Source: Dehalococcoidia bacterium (GTDB lineage: Bacteria; Chloroflexota; Dehalococcoidia; UBA6926). Taken from it: 64,000 nucleotides of DNA. The stretch lies in NCBI GenBank assembly GCA_965204885.1, contig OZ242019.1:1331734-1395733 (forward strand). Direction: 5' to 3'. Within the stretch, counting starts at the first letter, position 1, and every line of letters starts with the position of its first letter. A model generated the notes under the pieces. The model saw only the letters and a list, made by a program, of their open reading frames with translations. It searched no databases and was not told where the DNA came from. The position numbers and the translations under genes are program-made. This document shows positions 57,109-64,000 of this stretch, one piece after another.

Positions 57109-57849
57109 ATGAGGCCTCCGGATAAGCTCACGCGCGCCATCATCCTGATTGACGGTTTTGACCCACGTGCCGTCCTGCCCGCTGCAGGCCCTCATCCGGC
57201 CTTTAGGGACGTGAACGGCATGCCCGCTGCCGACGCGCTTCTCCGACATCTCGCAGAGCAGGGAATAACCGACGTGTGGCTCGTTTCGCGCGCCTTGCCC
57301 GGCATGGTCGTTCACTACTTTGGCGACGGAAGCCGTTGGGGAGTCAGGGCGACACATATTCGACAGGACGGCTCGCCTGGCTCAGGCGGCGCGCTTATGG
57401 CTGCCCGTCACCACATAACCGAGTCAACTCTCGTCATTGACGGCGCTCTCGCCACGGATTTCCGGCTCACTGCCATGTACGATGCGCATCGCTCCGTGGA
57501 CGCAGATCTCACCATGTGCCTGGCCGACGAAATAGGGGAAACAGCAGGATTGCCCCGCGCGCAAACGGATTCCTCCTCAGGTTTCGTGCAACAGATTCTG
57601 ACTGATCCACCGTTCCCGGCCGACCCGGAGATCTTTGTCGGAGTCGGCGTCTACATCATCGAACCGGAGGCAGTGGAACCGTTGCAGCAGGCAGGAGTGA
57701 ACGCGGATTGGGTGACGGATATCCTTCCCGTCCTGGCCCGGCAAAATCGCATCCGGGGATGGCAGGCTCAACAGGGCGCCCGATTCGATCTTCCGCGCCG
57801 TGTCCGGGTGATGCATTCGCAGACCGGCCGCGCGCTTCCCACAATCTGA
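57109..57849 (+). CDS. Sugar-phosphate nucleotidyltransferase-fold protein with a degenerate N-terminal signature
   Basis: 246 aa. It aligns by eye to GlmU/RmlA-like NTP_transferase domains (ITDVWLVS...YFGDGSRWGV...GSGGAL). The GxGxR loop reads IDGFDPR. Confidence 0.55.
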   Translation: MRPPDKLTRAIILIDGFDPRAVLPAAGPHPAFRDVNGMPAADALLRHLAEQGITDVWLVSRALPGMVVHYFGDGSRWGVRATHIRQDGSPGSGGALMAARHHITESTLVIDGALATDFRLTAMYDAHRSVDADLTMCLADEIGETAGLPRAQTDSSSGFVQQILTDPPFPADPEIFVGVGVYIIEPEAVEPLQQAGVNADWVTDILPVLARQNRIRGWQAQQGARFDLPRRVRVMHSQTGRALPTI

Positions 57850-57861
57850 ACGTCTGAGCGA

Positions 57862-57890
57862 TTGACCAGAGCACCAAACGGGCTTATAAT
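57862..57890 (+). promoter_or_regulatory. Near-consensus sigma-70 promoter
   Basis: TTGACC (57862-57867), a 17-nt spacer, then TATAAT (57885-57890). It lies upstream of gene 58013. Confidence 0.7.
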
Positions 57891-58012
57891 TCAAACTCGG
57901 TTCAAAACAAATTCTCGTTTTGTTTTGGGTATGGTGACCCTTCGAGGGTCAAAGCGCGGGATACGGGAGCAGTTGAGAAAGTGGGCTAAGGCCCAAAGAG
58001 GAGTGGTGTGTC

Positions 58013-58783
58013 ATGCCATGGACACATGCGGGCGTGAGCAGACGCCTGAAGTTGCTCGGCGTGCTGGGAATCGTTGGTGGACTGCTGTTGGCCTCCATTA
58101 CCGTCGCCCTGGCGCAAGAGACCCCAGCGGGCGAAGCAGATAGCGTCAGCGCCAGTTTTGAATATGACTCAGGGATCAACCTGAACATTCCGGGATCATT
58201 CTTCCCCGGCTTTGATGCAGCGGGATCCCTCATGATTCAGCCTCGCGCGTTGCAAGTGGACGGCAATGAGATGCCGTCGGCCTCCATCACGATTGAGCCG
58301 CTTGATCTGGAAGAAAGCCAGACGATGCCCACGCTGATTGCGCCCAATCCGAGCAAGCCGAGCGGCAGTACAGCAGAATACCTGCGCCGCGCCGTTACGG
58401 TGTCCGTCACCATTGACGGCGAGGATGCGAGTGAAACAGCCCGCTTCAACCCCACCATGATGCTCAATCTGGATCTGACGGATGCCGAATGGGAAGAGGC
58501 AGAGAATGACCCGGACGCGTTCGTCGTTCGCGCATGGGATGCCGGCAGGAATATGTGGTTGACTGTCGAAACATCCACTAACCCGTTCGATATGGTCGTT
58601 ACGGCCAAGGTCGCCCGGGCCGGTCAGTTCGCCCTGTTCAGGGAGGAACCGCCGCCGCCTATTCAGGGTGGAGACGTTTCGCTGAGCTCCATGACCCTGC
58701 TGTTCATCGCCATGCTTGGATTCGCCCTAGCCGGCACCGGTGTCATGTTGGCGCGCGGCACGTTGGGTCGACGCTCCCGCTAG
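58013..58783 (+). CDS. Secreted/cell-surface protein with a signal peptide and a C-terminal TM anchor plus basic tail
   Basis: 256 aa. The N-terminal signal is LKLLGVLGIVGGLLLASITVALAQE. The C-terminus reads PPPPIQGG...MTLLFIAMLGFALAGTGVMLARGTLGRRSR. Confidence 0.7.
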   Translation: MPWTHAGVSRRLKLLGVLGIVGGLLLASITVALAQETPAGEADSVSASFEYDSGINLNIPGSFFPGFDAAGSLMIQPRALQVDGNEMPSASITIEPLDLEESQTMPTLIAPNPSKPSGSTAEYLRRAVTVSVTIDGEDASETARFNPTMMLNLDLTDAEWEEAENDPDAFVVRAWDAGRNMWLTVETSTNPFDMVVTAKVARAGQFALFREEPPPPIQGGDVSLSSMTLLFIAMLGFALAGTGVMLARGTLGRRSR

Positions 58784-58803
58784 ATTCCGACACTCAAAGA
58801 CTT

Positions 58804-58851
58804 ACGGGGCGTGGAGGGCCGCCCGGCCCACCGCGCCCCGTTCCGTTATTG
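58804..58851 (+). terminator. GC-rich hairpin after gene 58013..58783
   Basis: ACGGGGCGTGG...CCACCGCGCCCCGT is followed by TCCGTTATT. Confidence 0.45.
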
Positions 58852-58858
58852 TGGGTAG

Positions 58859-59311
58859 GTGCAAACTGATCCCACCGCAGTCATCCGTGTCGCCCTGCTC
58901 CGCGAGGGCGCGCGTCTGCCGTTCCGGGCCACACCCGGCTCAACGGGCTTTGATATCTACGCCTGCCTGCAGGACGGAGAAGCAGAGATCATCGTTGGCC
59001 CTGACCCGGTTATGATTCCAACCGGCATCGCTCTCGAGTTCCCTCCAACTCTGGATGTCCAGATCCGCCCACGCTCCGGCCTCAGCAGCAGAGGAGTGAT
59101 GAGCACCGTCGGGACCATCGACAGCGACTATCGGGGAGAGGTCTTCGTCACCATGTACACCGTGGGAAACCGGTCGCCTCACGTTGTTCACAGCGGTGAC
59201 AGGATCGCGCAGATGGTTGTCGGAATCCGCGCTGACGTGTCACTGGAAATCGCGGAAAACCTTGGAGCGACCGAGCGGGGTGGCGGCGGACACGGCTCTA
59301 CCGGCGCCTAA
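58859..59311 (+). CDS. dut: dUTP diphosphatase
   Basis: 150 aa from a GTG start. GSTGFDIYA, RPRSGL and GTIDSDYRGE motifs are present. Confidence 0.92.
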   Translation: MQTDPTAVIRVALLREGARLPFRATPGSTGFDIYACLQDGEAEIIVGPDPVMIPTGIALEFPPTLDVQIRPRSGLSSRGVMSTVGTIDSDYRGEVFVTMYTVGNRSPHVVHSGDRIAQMVVGIRADVSLEIAENLGATERGGGGHGSTGA

Positions 59312-59346
59312 CCCTCACCGCCCATCCTACAGCGCCTCCCCCCACC

Positions 59347-59392
59347 GCTCATCCTGAGCTTGTCGAAGGAAGCCTGTCGAAGGACATGAGCG
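59347..59392. repeat. REP-like palindromic element (CTCATCCTGAGC..TCGAAGGA family)
   Basis: gctcatcctgagcttgtcgaaggaagcctgtcgaaggacatgagcg has terminal inverted GCTCAT/ATGAGC and an internal direct repeat TGTCGAAGGA. Confidence 0.55.
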
Positions 59393-59395
59393 CCC

Positions 59396-60223
59396 TCACA
59401 CCTCAAGCGGCGTATCGTCTCGATTCGCCCATTCCCGCATGGAACCGTCGTAGTTCCGCGTGCTTTCGTAACCGACAAGCCGCATGACGAATACTCCGTG
59501 CGCCGCACGGATGCCGCCCTGTCAATATGTATAAACATTCTTGTCCGGCGTGATGCCGTGTTCTGACAGCAGTCTCCGTATCTCGGACGCCGACTTGAAC
59601 CGGTGCGTCTCGCGGTCCATCAGGTTCAGCCATTCAAGGTGAACGGCCCCGGGAATATGCCCGGCTCGCGCGTTGGCGCGATTGTTAGATCCGTCCCATT
59701 CGCCGTCGGTGCGAACGTCCCAAACAACGGAATCCTCGAGCGTGCATGCCTCCTTCAACCCTTCCACCGTCACCAGCAGTGAGTCATCAAGGTTAGGCGT
59801 GAACGTCACGCCTTCCGCCCGCGCCGGTCGCTGGAAACTGATCGTGTGGCCGCCTGTGACCCAACCCCGCCAGCCCCCGTTCAGTACCCGCGCGCCCTGA
59901 TGCCCGTACGTGTTGAGCACCCACCACAGCCGAGCTGCCGTCACACTCTGTGCGTTGTCGTAAGAGATCACTAACGTGTCATCGCTGATGCCGAGTCCCT
60001 CGCACATCTCCTTGAACTGCGTGGGTGTCATCATCAGCGTGCGATTCGTGTCAGGGTCTTTCACGAAGTTGTCCGGGATCAGAACCGAACCCGGGATATG
60101 GCCCCTGTTGTAGCCCGCGTCAACGTCGCAGTCCACGACCACGACGTTGGCATCGTTCAAGTGCTCTGCCAGCCAATCCGCCTCCACCAGGTACTCCGGA
60201 TGGGCATAGTCCTCGGTAGTCAT
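59396..60223 (-). CDS. Two-domain rhodanese (thiosulfate/3-mercaptopyruvate sulfurtransferase-like) with UGA (selenocysteine) in place of the catalytic cysteine
   Basis: Track ORF 59522..60223 stops at TGA 59522-59524, exactly where the active-site Cys is expected (...KNVYTY-U-QGGIRAAHGVFVMRLVGYESTRNYDGSMREWANRDDTPLEV*). The in-frame continuation to 59396 completes the catalytic rhodanese domain. A hairpin lies 10 nt downstream. Confidence 0.75.
59495..59511 (-). promoter_or_regulatory. SECIS-like hairpin for the rhodanese UGA
   Basis: The mRNA reads UGA-N10-UCCGUGC-GGC-GCACGGA, a 7-bp perfect stem. Confidence 0.6.
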
Positions 60224-60331
60224 CGTGTCCCCCCTCGGCGAGCCTTCCTGCCCCAGGATTCCTCATCGACAGTATGCCATCAGATTGACACTCACCCGTT
60301 TGCTTTCATGCCGCGCATGTAGAATTGGAAC

Positions 60332-60943
60332 ATGGGCATTATCGACACGGCACAGCGGATGTTCGGCGGCACAGCAGCAGTGGACAAGGATCGCGTTCCA
60401 CCCGGCCAAACCGTCACGCAGAAGTTCCCCGTTCTCTCCTACGGACAAATCCCCCAGATTGACCTCTCCACGTGGACGTTTGAGGTCATGGGTCTCGTCG
60501 ATAACCCGATTTGCCTCACATGGGAGCAATTCCTCACTCGCGCCAACGACGCCGTCACCACGGATTTTCACTGTGTCACGGGATGGTCCCGCCTCGACAA
60601 CCGCTGGGAGGGCGTCTTTGTGCGCGATCTATTCGACGAGGCCCGCATCCGTCCAACCGCAACCCACGTCATGGCCCACTGCTACGGCGGGTACACGACG
60701 AATCTGCCGCTAGCGGCATTGTTGAATCCCGACGTCTTGATCGCGCACCGGCATGACGGAGAGCCATTGGAAACTGAGCATGGCGGTCCCGCCCGTCTCA
60801 TCGTGCCTGACCGCTACGCCTACAAGAGCGCCAAGTGGATCAAGGCGTTGGAGCTCATGCCGGAGAACAAGCGTGGGTTCTGGGAACTGCACGGCTACAA
60901 CGGCAACGGAGACCCGTGGCGCTCGGAACGCTACGACTTCTAA
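60332..60943 (+). CDS. Sulfite-oxidase-family molybdopterin oxidoreductase (MsrP/YedY-like catalytic domain)
   Basis: 203 aa. FHCVTGWS, HDGEPL..EHGGPARLIVP..YAYKSAKWI match the oxidoreductase molybdopterin-binding domain. Confidence 0.85.
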   Translation: MGIIDTAQRMFGGTAAVDKDRVPPGQTVTQKFPVLSYGQIPQIDLSTWTFEVMGLVDNPICLTWEQFLTRANDAVTTDFHCVTGWSRLDNRWEGVFVRDLFDEARIRPTATHVMAHCYGGYTTNLPLAALLNPDVLIAHRHDGEPLETEHGGPARLIVPDRYAYKSAKWIKALELMPENKRGFWELHGYNGNGDPWRSERYDF

Positions 60944-60948
60944 CCCCG

Positions 60949-62304
60949 CTATAATCCCAGCACCGCGATAGAAACCGCCGCCAGCGCCAACAGCACACCG
61001 AATCCGACAACGTCCGTCACCGTCGTCCCGAATATCCCCGCCGCCAACGCGGGATCAACACCGAATCGGCGCAGAATCAGCGGAATCAGCACCCCTGCCG
61101 CTCCTGCCACCAGCATGTTGATGAGCATTGCGATACCCAGCGCGATCGACAGCACCAGCTCCTGAGACCATAAGAAAGCTGCGACAGCGGCGACGAGTCC
61201 CATTGCTGCCCCGTGTGCCAACCCCAGCGCGACCTCCTTTGCCAATACCTGTCGTGCATTCCGCAGGGTCAATTCACCCAGCGCAATGCTGCGTACGGCG
61301 ATGGTCACCGTCTGGATGATTGCGTTGCCGCCCTGTCCACCCACAATGGGCAGGAACGCAGCCAGCACTGCCGCTCTGGCAATCGTCGATTCGAACATCC
61401 CAACGACGGCGGCCGCCGCGAAAGCCGTAATCAAGTTCACAAACAACCACGGCATCCGGAGACGCATCGACCGGGCTATGCCGGTTTGGACGGACTCCTC
61501 AGCGCTGAGGCCGACAATCATGTACATGTCCTCGGTCGCCTCACCCTCCGCCACGCGCAGGGCCTCTGGCAGATCAATGAACCCCAGCAGGCGACCGTCC
61601 TCATCCACGGTCGGCAGCGTGTCCAGTCGATACCGCTCCATGATCCGCGCGCACTCTTCCTGATCCGTGCCGGAAGGTACGGAAATGGGGTCGCGCTCCA
61701 TGATGCGGCCAAGCGCCAGATTCTGCGGTGACAACAGCAACTGTCGAAAACTGACACTTCCGACCAGCCGATCATCACTGTCCACGATGAACACATGCGA
61801 GAGTCTACGGGTGAGACTTTCAGATGTCCGTATAGCCGCTTGTGCCTGCATGACGGTCATCCGCTCGCGCAAGGCGAGGAACTCCGTTGTAACGAGTGCT
61901 CCCGCCGTTTCTTCTTGTTGAGCTAGGAGATTCCGCAGAAAATCCTGCTCGGAGAGCGTTTCAACGATCTCTGAGCGAACCTCTCCGGGCATCGCGCGCA
62001 GCGCGCGTGCCGCAGTGCCAAGCGGCGTCCGATTGAATATCGTGGTGAGGCTTTCCCTTGGAAGCCGCGCCAGGGGCATAATTGCGCTCTCACCGTGCCG
62101 CACCAGGTACTCCAACAGTCGGCTAACGTCGCGGGCAGAAAGATGTGAAAGGATATCCGCCCGTGTGTGCTCAGGCAGCTGATTGATGACATCGGCTGCA
62201 TCTGCAGGCAGCTGTTCACGGAGTTCTGCCGCAACAGAGGCAGCATCGCCTTCAATGACGCGTTGGACTAAAGTCTCGGTGTCAGGTGATTCGGGTAGGG
62301 TCAT
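60949..62304 (-). CDS. mgtE: Magnesium transporter MgtE
   Basis: 451 aa. It has the MgtE_N domain, two CBS domains and the C-terminal TM domain (GGQGGNAIIQTVT...). Confidence 0.93.
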   Translation of the reverse strand: MTLPESPDTETLVQRVIEGDAASVAAELREQLPADAADVINQLPEHTRADILSHLSARDVSRLLEYLVRHGESAIMPLARLPRESLTTIFNRTPLGTAARALRAMPGEVRSEIVETLSEQDFLRNLLAQQEETAGALVTTEFLALRERMTVMQAQAAIRTSESLTRRLSHVFIVDSDDRLVGSVSFRQLLLSPQNLALGRIMERDPISVPSGTDQEECARIMERYRLDTLPTVDEDGRLLGFIDLPEALRVAEGEATEDMYMIVGLSAEESVQTGIARSMRLRMPWLFVNLITAFAAAAVVGMFESTIARAAVLAAFLPIVGGQGGNAIIQTVTIAVRSIALGELTLRNARQVLAKEVALGLAHGAAMGLVAAVAAFLWSQELVLSIALGIAMLINMLVAGAAGVLIPLILRRFGVDPALAAGIFGTTVTDVVGFGVLLALAAVSIAVLGL

Positions 62305-62320
62305 CCGCGTTCCTCCTCAA

Positions 62321-62695
62321 TCACCGCCGCCGCGTTATCTCTACCCAGGCGCTGTCCAGCGTCCCCCTGATGGGTACGGACGGCTTGCTGACTCGAATAC
62401 GCACCTGCTCAATTGGTAACTCATCGAGCAAGCGTTGAGCTGATTCCTCCGCGAGGCTCTCTAATAGCGCGTGAGGCGGCCCCTCCACCACTCCCTGCAC
62501 AATCTCGAATGCCCGCCCATAGTCAGCCGTGTCGTTCAGATCGTCGGAATGTCCCGCGACAGAGAGGTCCATGGCCATTTCAAGATCGACGACGAATCGC
62601 TGTCCAACGGCCTGTTCTTCCGCCGTCGCGCCATGATGCCCGTAGAAAACCATGCCCGCGAGGCCGATGAGGTCCTGCGGCTCATACTCGTTCAC
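62321..62695 (-). CDS. folB: Dihydroneopterin aldolase
   Basis: 124 aa. FYGHHGATAEEQAVGQRFVVDLEM...DLNDTADY is the FolB pattern. Confidence 0.88.
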   Translation of the reverse strand: MNEYEPQDLIGLAGMVFYGHHGATAEEQAVGQRFVVDLEMAMDLSVAGHSDDLNDTADYGRAFEIVQGVVEGPPHALLESLAEESAQRLLDELPIEQVRIRVSKPSVPIRGTLDSAWVEITRRR

Positions 62696-62715
62696 GGTCT
62701 TCGCCTCCTGAAACG

Positions 62716-63546
62716 CTAGCGCCGCCGATAGGGCGGATACCGCGGCGGCATCGGTGGATAGTAGTCATCATCATCGTCGTCATCGTACTGGTACAGCCTG
62801 GATCGTCTCGTCTCATACTTGTTCGGCTGCCAGATTCGCTCCCGCCTCAAGATGCGCCATCCTGCAACGATTCCGGCGCCCGCAACAAATCCGCCCACGT
62901 GCGCCCAGTACGCCACGCCGCCACCGCCTCCGGCCACGACAAGCCCGCCGACGCCCTGGAAAAGCTGAATCACCATCCACATGACCAACAGCCAAACCGC
63001 CGGTATCTCCATTACCGTGATCAAGCCCATCATGAACAGCGTCCGAACCCGACGGCGCGGGAACAGCAGCAGGTACGCGCCCAGCACTCCGGCGATCGCC
63101 CCGCTTGCCCCGATGGCCGGAATCGTACTGTCCCAGTTGAACAGGATGTGCGTGGCGGAGGCGAGAACGCCGGTCGCCAGGTAGAAAACAAGAAATCCGA
63201 CCCGCCCGAAGTGGTGCTCGAGGTTGTCGCCAAACACCCACAGGAACACCATGTTGCCAAGGATGTGCGCCCATCCACCATGCAGGAACATCGACGTGAA
63301 CAGCGTCATCCATGACGGGACAAGAGGCGCGACTGCCGCATACTCGGGCAGCGACATTATCTGGTCGAATAGCTCTCCGTGCGTGAATTCGTAGGGAACC
63401 ACCCCGAATCGGAAATGGAATATCGCCCGCTGCTCCGGGTCGAGGATGATCGTGTACAGGAACGCGAGAGCATTGATGACGATCAGCGTGATGGTCAGCC
63501 ACGGCGCGCCGTGCCGCTCGCCCGCGTTGTCCGAAAGGGGAATCAT
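62716..63546 (-). CDS. Rhomboid family intramembrane serine protease
   Basis: 276 aa. HGGWAHILGNM, GASGAIAG (catalytic Ser) and AHVGGF (catalytic His) are present. The C-terminal tail is unusual (poly-Asp, Pro/Tyr-rich). Confidence 0.9.
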   Translation of the reverse strand: MIPLSDNAGERHGAPWLTITLIVINALAFLYTIILDPEQRAIFHFRFGVVPYEFTHGELFDQIMSLPEYAAVAPLVPSWMTLFTSMFLHGGWAHILGNMVFLWVFGDNLEHHFGRVGFLVFYLATGVLASATHILFNWDSTIPAIGASGAIAGVLGAYLLLFPRRRVRTLFMMGLITVMEIPAVWLLVMWMVIQLFQGVGGLVVAGGGGGVAYWAHVGGFVAGAGIVAGWRILRRERIWQPNKYETRRSRLYQYDDDDDDDYYPPMPPRYPPYRRR

Positions 63547-63653
63547 GCCATTCTCGCGCCGCTGCGGTGGCAGCGCGTCGGCGGCGCTCCCCCGTCTACA
63601 ATGAAATCCGATGCGCTTTGGCGCGCGACTCTAATGATGGAAGGCATACACGT

Positions 63654-64000
63654 ATGAGTGGCCCACTTGAAGGTCTCCGAATCGTCGATTTAACCCGCAT
63701 CCTTGCGGGTCCGTTTGCAACCATGATTCTATCCGACATGGGTGCGGAGGTCATAAAGGTTGAGCGCCCCGAAGGCGGCGACCTCTCCCGCGGCACAGGC
63801 CCGTTTTTCGAGGGAGAAAGCTATTACTTTGTCAGCGTCAACCGCGGCAAGCAGAGCGTCAGCATAAACCTCGCTCACCCGGACGGGCAGCAGGCGCTCA
63901 AGGATATCGCCGCTGAGTGCGACGTGCTCGTGGAGAACTTCGTTCCCGGCACGATGGCCAATTTCGGCCTCTCCTACGATGACCTACAAGCCGTGAACCC
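63654..64000 (+). CDS. Family III CoA-transferase (CaiB/BaiF), N-terminal part; runs off the window end
   Basis: MSGPLEGLRIVDLTRILAGPFATMILSDMGAEVIKVE...NRGKQS is the family III CoA-transferase N-terminus. Confidence 0.88.
   Translation, partial: MSGPLEGLRIVDLTRILAGPFATMILSDMGAEVIKVERPEGGDLSRGTGPFFEGESYYFVSVNRGKQSVSINLAHPDGQQALKDIAAECDVLVENFVPGTMANFGLSYDDLQAVN

Overview
High-GC (about 62-64% by eye) bacterial chromosomal segment with mostly housekeeping content. On the minus strand, a fused str/S10 ribosomal-protein operon runs rpsL-rpsG-fusA-rpsJ-rplCDWB-rpsS-rplV-rpsC-rplP-rpmC-rpsQ with no tuf. A tryptophan operon (trpE-trpG-MFS-trpD / trpC-trpF-trpB) sits behind a Trp-specific (UGG) T-box leader. 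Other recognisable genes are lysA, holB, mfd, recJ, uvrC, lgt, xerC/D, dut, mgtE, folB, plsX, fabG, fabF, several enoyl-CoA hydratases, NUDIX hydrolases and MBL-fold hydrolases. The gene content, the T-box on trp and the REP-like repeats loosely suggest Chloroflexota; this is inference only. No rRNA, tRNA, CRISPR array or obvious transposon was seen. The main result is three in-frame UGA codons that look like selenocysteine recoding sites. Two lie in tandem GrdB-like paralogues (28292-30262) and one replaces the catalytic Cys of a two-domain rhodanese (59396-60223). Each UGA is followed exactly 10 nt later by a GC-rich hairpin with a GGC apex. The GrdB-like pair ends a tightly packed co-directional five-gene unit (28292-33596). 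That unit also holds an orphan xanthine-dehydrogenase-family molybdopterin subunit and two paralogous proteins of unknown fold, and lacks every canonical glycine/proline-reductase partner. I consider it the best candidate for an undescribed system. Secondary items are a low-GC two-gene islet (PaREP1-like plus HsdR_N-type nuclease), a 37-nt palindrome over the hsp20 promoter, several REP-like palindromic repeat families and a candidate small RNA.
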